Assembly (NCBI GenBank): GCA_040905745.1 | Contig: JBBDQY010000017.1 | Span: 9,513 to 73,512 of the forward strand | DNA from: Balneolales bacterium | Lineage (GTDB): Bacteria > Bacteroidota > Rhodothermia > Balneolales > Natronogracilivirgulaceae | Direction: 5' to 3' | Length of the DNA stretch: 64,000 nucleotides | Shown: positions 29,850-39,027 of the stretch, piece after piece | Position numbering within the stretch: position 1 is the stretch's first letter | How the letters are laid out: every line of letters begins with the position of its first letter | Notes under the pieces: model-generated | The model's database searches: none | What the model saw: the letters and a program-made list of their open reading frames with translations, nothing else | Told to the model about the DNA's origin: nothing | Position numbers and translations under genes: made by a program

Positions 29850-30142
29850 ATATTAGACATGAACAAATAAGCAGCACTTTACCCTTGATCAATAACCGAT
29901 TCGGTTTGGAAAGTGTAAGGATAGCCTCAAGCCTACACGCTGTGGAAGGGAAGACCCACTTTTTTGACCGTTAAAAGAGCGGGTTATCTATAACTCTCTG
30001 GGCCCGATTCGCCGGATGTTTTTCTTATAATTAATTTAATGTATTTTGTCACATTCGGCCACCTTGATGGTCGTTATTACACCTTGCCGGTGATAATCAG
30101 GCCGAATAATTTAAATAACAATCATGAAAAGAAAGGATCATC

Positions 30143-30595
30143 ATGGAAACGCAACAATATAATATTTCAATTGATGCTTCACCTGAAGAGGTTTGGGACG
30201 TATTATGGGATGATGCCTCGTATCGCGAATGGACGTCGGTATTCAGTGAAGGTTCCTGGGCAAAAACCGACTGGAAAAAAGGCAGTAAAGTACTTTTCCT
30301 CGATGGTAAAGGTGAAGGCATGGTATCAATGATTGCTGATAACATACCGAATGAATTTATGTCCATCAAGCATTTAGGTATCCTATCAAATGGAGTTGAA
30401 GATTTGGATAGCGAGGAAACCAGAGGATGGTCGGGTGCCATGGAAAACTACACGCTCAGAACCAAAAATGGTAAAACGTTGTTACATGTGGAAACAGATG
30501 TTACAGATGAGTTTAAGGACTACTTTCAGGAAACATGGCCTAAAGCGCTTGAGAAAGTAAAACAATTAGCAGAGAAAAAGAAGGTAATAGGTTAA
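30143..30595 (+). CDS. SRPBCC-superfamily (Aha1/START-like) protein
   Basis: 150 aa. IDASPEEVWDVLWDDASYREWTSVF...SEGSWAKTDWKKGSKVLF is typical of the AHSA1/polyketide-cyclase-like SRPBCC family. Confidence 0.75.
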   Translation: METQQYNISIDASPEEVWDVLWDDASYREWTSVFSEGSWAKTDWKKGSKVLFLDGKGEGMVSMIADNIPNEFMSIKHLGILSNGVEDLDSEETRGWSGAMENYTLRTKNGKTLLHVETDVTDEFKDYFQETWPKALEKVKQLAEKKKVIG

Positions 30596-30620
30596 CCTGA
30601 GAACAAAGGAAGTTTTTATC

Positions 30621-31532
30621 ATGCAAAAAATCAAACCTTTTCTATGGTTCGACAACCAGGCTGAAGAAGCCGTAAGTTTTTACACATCCATATTTAAAAA
30701 CTCAAAAGTGATGGCCACTACACGGTATGAAGAAAACGGAGCAGAAGTTTCCGGCCAGCCCAACGGATCGGTCATGACTCAATCATTTCAGCTAGAGGGT
30801 CAGTCGTTTATTGCGCTGAACGGCGGACCCTTTTTCAAGTTCAATCCGTCTATCTCATTTTTTGTAGTCTGTGAAACAGAAAATGAAGTGGACAAGCTTT
30901 GGGAGCATCTCAGCCAGAATGGCCAGGTTCTCATGGAATTGGGCGAATATGACTGGAGCAAGAAATATGGCTGGGTGAGCGATCGCTATGGAATCTCCTG
31001 GCAGTTAGCTCATGGAAAATTGGCTGAAGTCGGGCAAGTAATCACTCCCACCCTTATGTTTGTAAATGCTCAACACGGAAGGGCTGAAGAGGCGATTAAC
31101 TTCTATACATCGGTTTTCAAGAATTCAGCAGTTGGAGGCATTATGCGCTATGAAGCCGGCGGGAAAGATCCCGAGGGCACAATAGCACACGCTCAGTTTA
31201 CCCTGGATGGCGATGTCTTTATGGCTATGGACAGTGCGTTGGATCATGATTTCACTTTCAATGAAGCGATATCTTTTGTGATAGATTGTGACACGCAGTC
31301 AGAGGTTGATACTTACTGGGACAAATTGACTGAAGGCGGTGATGAGAAGGCACAGCAATGTGGATGGTTGAAAGACCAGTTTGGTGTTTCCTGGCAGGTA
31401 ATTCCCAGGGTGTTGGGTGAGCTTTTAAATGATCCGGATGCTGCAAAAGTTCAAAAAGTGACCAAGGTTATGCTTCAGATGAAGAAACTGGATGTGGCCG
31501 GTTTACAACAAGCCTATGGTATGGAGAGTTAG
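30621..31532 (+). CDS. VOC-superfamily protein with two PhnB/3-demethylubiquinone-9 methyltransferase-like domains
   Basis: 303 aa. The two halves both follow the pattern I.P.LWF/MF...AEEA..FYTS.FKNS......RY.......G.......F.L.G..F.A.... and end in YG.SWQ. Confidence 0.8.
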   Translation: MQKIKPFLWFDNQAEEAVSFYTSIFKNSKVMATTRYEENGAEVSGQPNGSVMTQSFQLEGQSFIALNGGPFFKFNPSISFFVVCETENEVDKLWEHLSQNGQVLMELGEYDWSKKYGWVSDRYGISWQLAHGKLAEVGQVITPTLMFVNAQHGRAEEAINFYTSVFKNSAVGGIMRYEAGGKDPEGTIAHAQFTLDGDVFMAMDSALDHDFTFNEAISFVIDCDTQSEVDTYWDKLTEGGDEKAQQCGWLKDQFGVSWQVIPRVLGELLNDPDAAKVQKVTKVMLQMKKLDVAGLQQAYGMES

Positions 31533-31641
31533 AATATTGCTGTAGGGGAAAATCACTTACCCCAGTGTAAACTTCATGAATTTATATTAGCTTGGGTATT
31601 CTCAGGCTCAACACGACCGCTAACTTATTTATTATTTATAG

Positions 31642-31974
31642 ATGCTTAAACCACACGAAAGACAAAAGCTTAAAGAGATTATTCTGGAACAAATAGAATT
31701 GGCTAAATCGGATATTGTTGAACTTAAAGAGGTCACTAAACCCATTGCTCCTGATGTTTCCTTAGGAAGAATATCACGCATGGATGCCATTAACAACAAA
31801 AGCGTGAACGAGGCGGGACTGCGACAAACTCAGGCAAAATTAAGGCGATTAGAAAAAGCATTTGAAGACATTGATCAGCCAACATTCGGTATGTGCATCC
31901 GGTGTGGCAACCCCATTCCTTATGGCAGACTGGAATTTATGCCGGCAAGTAAGAAATGTGTTTCGTGTGCCTGA
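31642..31974 (+). CDS. TraR/DksA-family C4 zinc-finger protein
   Basis: 110 aa. A coiled-coil N-terminus is followed by CIRCGNPIPYGRLEFMPASKKCVSC (CxxC-N17-CxxC). Confidence 0.8.
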   Translation: MLKPHERQKLKEIILEQIELAKSDIVELKEVTKPIAPDVSLGRISRMDAINNKSVNEAGLRQTQAKLRRLEKAFEDIDQPTFGMCIRCGNPIPYGRLEFMPASKKCVSCA

Positions 31975-32223
31975 ATTAGCAATAAGGATACCTCTGCTAT
32001 TCTGACCTGTTAGGTTATGTTAAAATTTCGTAATATTGTTTATTTTACATGCACTATCAGTCTGAATGATATCTATGCTTAGTAATCTGATAATGCCTGT
32101 ACATAAATTATTTTTATATACCGTTCAGCCCGGGCTGGTTTGCATACAGGATTTTTCTTTTGTTTACGTCATATCCAAAGGTAAATGGCATGAAAGTCAT
32201 CATAATTTCTCTTGTTTTTTCCC

Positions 32224-34041
32224 ATGTTAAGTCACTCTCAGTTAACATCTGTTCTTAAGGCTACTCCCAATCCGGCTCTCATTCTGTATCCCGGCCCTGA
32301 ATTTATTATCGCATTTGCAAATCAAGCTTACCTGGACGCTGTCAATATGGATGAGAGTAGTCTCATTGGTAAACATTTTCTGGATGTAGCCTCAGGTCCT
32401 GATGATCAAAATTCTGCAGAATCGTCTAATATGAGTCGATCTCTTAACCAGGTCATGGCTAAAAAAGCAGCTCATCAGATGGATGTCCAAAAATACAATA
32501 TAATCAGTCATCCATCAGGGGACCTTCAAACAAGGTACCGGTTACCGGTAAATACCCCAATTATGCAAGATGATGGAAAGATTGATTTAATCCTTCATAC
32601 ATTTACGGATATCACCGAAATGGAAGAGAAGCAGGATCTGCTCGATAAAGCCTATAAACTTGCAAATATTGGTACCTGGGAATATGACCTAAAGACGCAA
32701 CACTTATCCTGGTCAACGATCACAAAAGAAGTACACGGATTTGGCCCGGAATATGTACCCGATGTCGAAAGCACCGTTCAGTTATTCAAAGAAGGCTATA
32801 ACAGGGATGTGTTTGCTCAAGCGGTTGCTAACGCGCTTGAGCATTTCAAACCTTTTGATGTTGAATTAAAGATAATCAGCGGACAGGGCGATGAACGATG
32901 GATCAGAGCAACCGGAGAACCTGAGTTTAAAGAGGGTGTATGCATACGTTTTTATGGAATCAGCCAGAATGTAAGCAACCGCAAACAAGCCGAAGAAGAT
33001 ATTAAATATAATGAACAACGATTTAAAGCTTTGGTACAAGACGGCTCTGATTTGATTGCAATTCTGGACGAATCGGCCAATTATCTATATGTAAGCCCTA
33101 CTTCTCTTAAAGTTTTGGGTATACCAGCGGAATATTTTATTGGTAAAAATGCCTTCACCTTTATACATACTGATGACATACAAAGGGTGAGTGATAATCT
33201 CAACGAACTACCAATGCATAATCAAACTCATATTGAACCTTTCCGGTTTGCTGATAAAGACGGTAATTGGCGGTGGATTGAGTCTACGGTCACTAATATG
33301 ATGGAGGATCCAGCAGTAAGAGGTTTAGTAGTAAACTCCAGAGATGTTACCGATCAAATAAGTAATCAACAGCGACTAATCATATCCCTTAAGGAAAAAG
33401 AAACTCTTCTGGCCGAAATACATCATCGTGTAAAAAATAATCTGGCAGTGGTTTCTGGCTTGATGCAGCTTCAAGCTTTCGATGAAGAGAACAACGAAGT
33501 GAAAGGCCGGCTATATGATTGTGTGGTCCGTATTAAAACCATGGCTAACATTCACGAACAATTATATCAGTCGGAAAGTTTTTCACAACTTAAGTTAGCA
33601 GATAATATCAGGGTACTGGTATCGGATATTATCGAAACCTTTCAGCTTGAAATACCCCTAGATATTACCTATCAATGTGAATCTGTTGAATTAAATATTG
33701 TTCAGGCCATACCATTTTCATTAATTATCAATGAAATAATAACCAATATCCTCAAACATGCATTTCTCGGAAGAAATGCGGGAGCTATAGAGATTACACT
33801 GTTGGAGCATAAGAAAAAAAATCAAATTAAACTGATTATAAAGGATAATGGAGTAGGTTTACCTGATGATTTTAGCATAGCTGATAGCAGTTCTTTGGGG
33901 TTGAACCTTATATATGACCTTTCAGATCAGTTAAAAGCTGTTAATGATTTTAATTCATCTGAAGGTGGAACGATCTTTACCCTTCAGTTTGAAAAGTCAG
34001 ATGTTAATAGAGATGAATCTTATCTTTCTAAACCCAAATAA
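32224..34041 (+). CDS. Multi-PAS sensor histidine kinase (HisKA_2 + HATPase), no REC and no TM segments
   Basis: PAS-like blocks include IGTWEYDLKTQHLSWS...RWIRATGEP and FKALVQDGSDLIAILDE...WRWIESTVTNM. H-box LLAEIHHRVKNNLAVVSGLM. ATPase region shows NEIITNILKHAF...IKDNGVGLP...GLNL. The start is set at ATG 32224; TTG 32212 is the alternative. Confidence 0.85.
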   Translation: MLSHSQLTSVLKATPNPALILYPGPEFIIAFANQAYLDAVNMDESSLIGKHFLDVASGPDDQNSAESSNMSRSLNQVMAKKAAHQMDVQKYNIISHPSGDLQTRYRLPVNTPIMQDDGKIDLILHTFTDITEMEEKQDLLDKAYKLANIGTWEYDLKTQHLSWSTITKEVHGFGPEYVPDVESTVQLFKEGYNRDVFAQAVANALEHFKPFDVELKIISGQGDERWIRATGEPEFKEGVCIRFYGISQNVSNRKQAEEDIKYNEQRFKALVQDGSDLIAILDESANYLYVSPTSLKVLGIPAEYFIGKNAFTFIHTDDIQRVSDNLNELPMHNQTHIEPFRFADKDGNWRWIESTVTNMMEDPAVRGLVVNSRDVTDQISNQQRLIISLKEKETLLAEIHHRVKNNLAVVSGLMQLQAFDEENNEVKGRLYDCVVRIKTMANIHEQLYQSESFSQLKLADNIRVLVSDIIETFQLEIPLDITYQCESVELNIVQAIPFSLIINEIITNILKHAFLGRNAGAIEITLLEHKKKNQIKLIIKDNGVGLPDDFSIADSSSLGLNLIYDLSDQLKAVNDFNSSEGGTIFTLQFEKSDVNRDESYLSKPK

Positions 34042-34111
34042 GAAAATGACACAAAACATATACCAAAGTCCAGGCTGCATCATTGTGATATAACATTCTG
34101 ACCCTTGAAAC

Positions 34112-34673
34112 ATGAATAAAATGATTAGGGTATCAAACATCATACCATTCTTCCTTTTGTTACTGGTATGGGCATCACCATTAATTTCTCATGGTCAACT
34201 TATAGGAAGTAAGCTAGAAATCATTGATATAGAAAGGGGTGATCGCACGGTTGTTCATCAAAATTCTGTAAGATTTGAAGCACCCAATTGGACACCTGAT
34301 GGGAAAGAACTGATTTTCAATCAAAAAGGATTACTTTACCGTATTACTGTGGAAGGTGGGGAACCTGAAGTTATACCGACAGGGTTTGCAACTTCCAATA
34401 ATAATGATCATGGTATATCAGCAGATGGCAAGACTTTAGCTATCAGTCATCTCACCCCATCGAAGCCTTCCGGCACAACTTCGATTATTTATACTCTACC
34501 GATAGAAGGAGGAACTCCCAAACAGATTACCAAAAAAGGCCCCTCATATCGAGACAGGAGCAATCATCGAGCTTGCAAACTTCATAGGAGGGCAGGGTAC
34601 CATCAACGTACCAAGCTGGGCGCCCGACAGCAAGCGATTCGCCTTTGTCTCTTATGAAATTGTTGAAGATTAG
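34112..34673 (+). pseudogene. TolB-like beta-propeller (periplasmic) gene disrupted by an internal deletion plus frameshift
   Basis: The N-terminal 146 aa (signal peptide, [48 protein letters not shown]) read in the 34112 frame. From about nt 34550 that frame gives low-complexity junk ([19 protein letters not shown]...). The +1-shifted frame instead reads [40 protein letters not shown]-stop (34551-34673), which is the expected family C-terminus. The middle blades (roughly 110-120 aa in homologues as I remember them) are absent. Confidence 0.65.
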
Positions 34674-34742
34674 TTGATTCCTTAAGAACTTAGACACTAC
34701 TCTGATCAGAAATAAAGGATAGGAAATAAGCCTAGAATATAT

Positions 34743-35681
34743 TTAGGCGGATTTCCATAAGGTATTTAAAGTTTCAATGTCTTTTTCCATAGCCTTGAAT
34801 ACTTTATTGTGTGGTATTGTCAGCTCCGATCGCCCACGTTCTGCACCCCCCAGAGAATGCTCATAATGAACGGTTATAGGGACCTGCAGGTTGAACTCTT
34901 TCAGCATCTTGAAATAACTTACAAAATCTACCATGCCTTCCCCAATGGGCGTATCCTGAACTTTCCATTCTCCATTGGATTCCACCCATTTAAAATCTTT
35001 CAACACAATCGTTTCAATTCGAGGCTGTATCAATCGTAAACCATTTACCCAGGATAACCCACCTTCAACCGTGGCATGCCGGATATCATACTGTGCACCC
35101 ATTGATTCTGGATTAGCCGTAGCAAGCATCTGGTGTAATTCCCACAAAGAGGCCCCAGCGCGGGTACCCGCATGATTCTGATAACATCCCACAATGCCTA
35201 GTTCAGCATTCAACTCTCCAAGTTCACGAATAGTGGACTGAAAAGATTTTATGGATTCAGGTATCGTTTTTTGACTGTCATAACTTAACCAGTTCATCCG
35301 GTAGAACTCTATGCCTAAATTTGCTGCTATTTGAAGCACTTTACGATCGACTGGATCCTGTGCATTATCAACAGCTGTAGTCATCGTTCGATGTTGCAAC
35401 CCCGCCTTCTTAATAGCTTCTATAGCCAAAGGAAGATCCCCCTCCACGTTTTCGGGCTCCACATGTCCGCCAGGCCGTACCGTTAGTTCCACGCCTTTGA
35501 ACCCTATATCAGCAGCAGCTTTTGCCATATCGCTGTAATTAAGGAATTGGAGATGTTTAGAAAAGATATTGAAATCCAATTCTGCCGGAGGAGTCTTTTG
35601 AGAAAAGATAGAAACGGGTCTAATCAGAGGGGCTAACCCACCCATGACGGTAGCTTTTTTGATAAAATCTCGTCGTATCAT
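34743..35681 (-). CDS. Tat-exported sugar phosphate isomerase/epimerase-family (xylose isomerase-like TIM barrel) protein
   Basis: 312 aa. Twin-arginine signal MIRRDFIKKATVMGG. The remainder has the AP_endonuc_2/TIM-barrel pattern (GFKGVELTVRPGGH...CYQNHAG...). Confidence 0.8.
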   Translation of the reverse strand: MIRRDFIKKATVMGGLAPLIRPVSIFSQKTPPAELDFNIFSKHLQFLNYSDMAKAAADIGFKGVELTVRPGGHVEPENVEGDLPLAIEAIKKAGLQHRTMTTAVDNAQDPVDRKVLQIAANLGIEFYRMNWLSYDSQKTIPESIKSFQSTIRELGELNAELGIVGCYQNHAGTRAGASLWELHQMLATANPESMGAQYDIRHATVEGGLSWVNGLRLIQPRIETIVLKDFKWVESNGEWKVQDTPIGEGMVDFVSYFKMLKEFNLQVPITVHYEHSLGGAERGRSELTIPHNKVFKAMEKDIETLNTLWKSA

Positions 35682-35775
35682 TTTAAATAAGCTTAATTAA
35701 GTAACAAAAGTATTATAGTTAAATACCGGGAAAGAATCAGCAGGACAGCCTGCTGAAAAGAAAAGTATAAATTTG

Positions 35776-35979
35776 TTAATCGATGTGTTCTGTTTCTCTA
35801 TTCTTCTGTAAGTGAATCAAAACGGCAATAATGAGAGAAATAATCACATAGCGAGTTAAAATTCTTAGGCCAAATACGTATTCAGTTCCCTCATATAAAC
35901 TGTATGGATAGGCTATTATAAAATGAATCAGACAGAAGGCTCCTAATAACAGGAAAAACGATTTTGCTATTAATTCCAT
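35776..35979 (-). CDS. Small hypothetical membrane protein (2 TM)
   Basis: 67 aa with two hydrophobic helices. It lies 14 nt downstream of the preceding small membrane ORF on the same strand. Support is ORF plus hydrophobicity only. Confidence 0.35.
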   Translation of the reverse strand: MELIAKSFFLLLGAFCLIHFIIAYPYSLYEGTEYVFGLRILTRYVIISLIIAVLIHLQKNRETEHID

Positions 35980-35993
35980 GACTTCAGTGTTTG

Positions 35994-36386
35994 TTATATC
36001 AGATAATACCCTATAGGCAAAAAGATCATGCTTGCCATGAACAAGGCCAGTCGAAAACGGGTGAGAAAAAAGATGGGATGAAAGAAGAAGCCGTGGGTTA
36101 AAGGCCGTTTACTGATCCATTCGTAATAAAGATGGCGATGCAAAGCACCAAGTGACATCGTCACATGTCCATGGAGTACCGTGATGGTGAAAGGTGTGGC
36201 GAATAACAAAGCGCCTAAAAAGGTAGCCAGCTGATGGAAATCCAGTAATTGGCAAAGTATATAGTAAGGCCAGGAAAATACGATAAGCAGGGCGGGAGCA
36301 AGGACCCAATTGATTAATGAGATTCGCTTGTAATTTCTTTTAGAAAGCTCGTTATATGACATGTCTGTTAACTTGAGGCTTGCCAA
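35994..36386 (-). CDS. Hypothetical membrane protein (about 4 TM)
   Basis: 130 aa (TTG start; ATG 36362 is the alternative). Hydrophobic helices and a His-rich loop (TVLHGHVTMSLGALHRHLYYEW). No family recognised. Confidence 0.45.
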   Translation of the reverse strand: MASLKLTDMSYNELSKRNYKRISLINWVLAPALLIVFSWPYYILCQLLDFHQLATFLGALLFATPFTITVLHGHVTMSLGALHRHLYYEWISKRPLTHGFFFHPIFFLTRFRLALFMASMIFLPIGYYLI

Positions 36387-36465
36387 AAGGGTTCGAATTC
36401 ATGCTTGGAATACTGTGACGCATTTCTTCATTGTAGGTTATATTATCTGCAAAATCGTCAGGGAT

Positions 36466-37686
36466 TTAAACACTACTGGCAATCAGCATGTCAATATCCC
36501 TATAAGATAAATCGTATTGGTTAGAAAGAGTTTTTTTAGTGAGGTGACGTTTGTATACATAAGTACCATTTCTCAGCCCTATATTTGACCATAGAGCTTC
36601 ATTGATACCACCGGAATCACCAATATTAATCAGAAATGGTACGATGACGTTGTTTAGGGCACCGGTAGCTGTTCTGGCAACAGCAGAGGGAATATTAGGC
36701 ACACAGTAATGGATTACATCATGTTTAGTAAAAACAGGATCAGTATGCTTTGTTGGACGACTGGTATCGACACATCCACCTTGATCAATTACCGTATCAA
36801 CGATGACACTGCCGCTTTTCATAGTTCTAACCATGTTCTCGGTGATCCAGCAGGGCGCTCTGTTTCCCTCATCCATTGCCGCCCCAATAACCACATCTGC
36901 TACTTTTAAGGCAGAGGCTAAATACTGGGGATTGGCCATAGCCGTAATAACACGCCGGTCAAGAGCATTTTCGAGGTGGCGAAGTTGGGCCAAGTCGTTA
37001 TCCATGATAAAAACCTGAGCACCATAACCTAAAGCAGTGCGCGCAGCATATTCGGCAATAATACCATTTCCCAATATGACCACGATAGCCGGTGGTACAC
37101 CGGAGATACCTCCCAGCATAATTCCTTGTCCATTTTGATTGCTTTCCAGGTAGTGCGCTGCAATTTGCACAGACATGGATCCGGTTATTTCATGCATCAT
37201 TCTGACAATGGGAAAGCCTCTATCAGCGCCTTGAATAAATTCATACCCAATGCCCGTTATATTCTTTTTGATTAATATTTTCAGGTATTCCTCCGCGGTA
37301 TTGCCGAGATGAAGAGCAGAAAATAGAATTTGGTTTTCCTGTAGCAAATCACACTCTACCCTGTTAGGAGGAGATACTTTAACAATGAGCTCAGATTTCT
37401 TATACAGCTCATCAGAAGAATATGCTATTGTGGCTCCCGCTTCCGTATAATCGTGATCCGTATGATTGGCCGATTTACCGGCATCTTTTTCAATACAGAC
37501 TTCATGTCCGTTTTCTGTAAGAACAGAAACTCCACCGGGTGTTAATGAGATGCGGTTTTCATCATTAGAGCGCTCTCTTGGAAGCCCTATCTTTAAAGAG
37601 CTTTCCGAAGAAGATTTTTCAGAACGTTTTTCAAGTGTTTTTACGCCGAATTGATGTCCATATGCAGCAGGGTCGATTATCTCCAT
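36466..37686 (-). CDS. Alanine dehydrogenase / PNT-family NAD(H)-dependent dehydrogenase with a ~30-aa N-terminal extension
   Basis: 406 aa. LKIGLPRERSNDENRISLTPGGV matches the Ald N-terminus (KIGxPKE...E.RV.LTP.GV). Rossmann motif VVILGNGIIAEYAARTA. Confidence 0.75.
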   Translation of the reverse strand: MEIIDPAAYGHQFGVKTLEKRSEKSSSESSLKIGLPRERSNDENRISLTPGGVSVLTENGHEVCIEKDAGKSANHTDHDYTEAGATIAYSSDELYKKSELIVKVSPPNRVECDLLQENQILFSALHLGNTAEEYLKILIKKNITGIGYEFIQGADRGFPIVRMMHEITGSMSVQIAAHYLESNQNGQGIMLGGISGVPPAIVVILGNGIIAEYAARTALGYGAQVFIMDNDLAQLRHLENALDRRVITAMANPQYLASALKVADVVIGAAMDEGNRAPCWITENMVRTMKSGSVIVDTVIDQGGCVDTSRPTKHTDPVFTKHDVIHYCVPNIPSAVARTATGALNNVIVPFLINIGDSGGINEALWSNIGLRNGTYVYKRHLTKKTLSNQYDLSYRDIDMLIASSV

Positions 37687-37858
37687 GTACTATAATTTTG
37701 TTGCTATTGCAAATAAAGCAAATTAAATGAATTGCATCCGTTAAACAAGTTGGTATTTTGAGGTTTCTTATATTAATAGTTTCAACGTATTTATCCAGCT
37801 TTTGTTAAGTATTACACTGTCTATTATTAATTGCTGATCTCATTACTACCATTAATTC

Positions 37859-38617
37859 ATGTTGAAGCCTAAAAAAAGCCTCGGTCAGCATTTTCTGCGA
37901 GACCACAACATCATCAGGAAAATAGTTGGTTCCCTGCATGCCGGGGAGCTGGACGAAGTAGTAGAAGTTGGACCCGGAGAGGGAGCTCTTACCGATTACT
38001 TATATCCTTCCTTTCCTAAACTCCATCTCCTGGAGGTAGACCATCGTTCGGTAACTCTCCTGAAACATAGGTTTTCAGATGCTACCATTCACCATGCCAG
38101 TGTTTTGGACACCGACTGGAAAAGCATGTTACCCTCAGATGAAAAGAAGTATATTATAGGTAACCTTCCCTATTATATAACCAGTCCGATATTATTTAAG
38201 GTACTGGATTCTGGAGGTTTATTTGAACAGGCTGTATTCATGATCCAAAAAGAAGTAGCAGAGAGGCTGGTTGCAAAACCCCGCACAAAAGCCTACGGAA
38301 TCCTGAGCGTTCAGACCCAGCTCTTAAGCGATACAGAGTTGCTTTTCAATGTATCACGAGAGGTATTTTACCCGAAGCCGAATGTGGACAGTGCGGTGAT
38401 CAGTATCATCCCCAAAAAAGAACAGCCTGATGTAGATATAGCTTACTTGAAAAAGGTTATCAGAACGGCTTTCAACCAGAGAAGAAAGAAACTGAGCAAT
38501 GCCATATCTACACTTGTTACCGATCTATCAGGGATAAGTATCGATCTAAATAAGCGAGCCGAGGAATTAGAACCGGAAGAGTTTGTTTTGTTGACAAAAG
38601 AGTTGTTACAGAAGTAA
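37859..38617 (+). CDS. rsmA: 16S rRNA (adenine1518/1519-N6)-dimethyltransferase RsmA/KsgA
   Basis: 252 aa. KKSLGQHFLRDHNIIRKIV, VVEVGPGEGALT, GNLPYYITSPILFK. Confidence 0.92.
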   Translation: MLKPKKSLGQHFLRDHNIIRKIVGSLHAGELDEVVEVGPGEGALTDYLYPSFPKLHLLEVDHRSVTLLKHRFSDATIHHASVLDTDWKSMLPSDEKKYIIGNLPYYITSPILFKVLDSGGLFEQAVFMIQKEVAERLVAKPRTKAYGILSVQTQLLSDTELLFNVSREVFYPKPNVDSAVISIIPKKEQPDVDIAYLKKVIRTAFNQRRKKLSNAISTLVTDLSGISIDLNKRAEELEPEEFVLLTKELLQK

Positions 38618-38658
38618 TGATGATCACCTATTCTATCCGGAATGATATCGAAGAGTCA

Positions 38659-38979
38659 TTATTTTTGTCGTATTTGAACTTGTGTTGCTCCCCAGCTACC
38701 TGATCCGGGTCCGGCTAAATGATATTCTTCAACATATTCAAGACGGTCGAGAACGGTATGAACCATGCGTCTTAGCGCTCCGGTTCCTTTGCCGTGAATA
38801 ATTCGGATGTTGTAGATTCCTTTTTCCCTGCAGGCTTCCAGATATTCGGGTACCAGGCTCTTAACTTCATTGGGTTTAAAAATATGAAGGTCAAGGGTTC
38901 CGTCTATTGGGAATTGTTCAGGTTCATCGTAGTCATTCATACAGGTATCAATAAAAGAGGTTTTTATCAATTGTAACAT
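38659..38979 (-). CDS. Smr-domain protein
   Basis: 106 aa. LDLHIFKPNEV...IRIIHGKGTGALRRMVHTVL is the Smr (small MutS-related) signature. Confidence 0.8.
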   Translation of the reverse strand: MLQLIKTSFIDTCMNDYDEPEQFPIDGTLDLHIFKPNEVKSLVPEYLEACREKGIYNIRIIHGKGTGALRRMVHTVLDRLEYVEEYHLAGPGSGSWGATQVQIRQK

Positions 38980-39027
38980 ACCACAATCTTATTCATAAAG
39001 AGTAACGATTAAGATGAATATTAGAGG

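Noticed and set aside
30039-30441. 97-aa (+) and 114-aa (-) ORFs overlapping the SRPBCC gene
   Set aside because: Both overlap a well-supported SRPBCC CDS, and their translations are unlike any family I know. They are treated as spurious.
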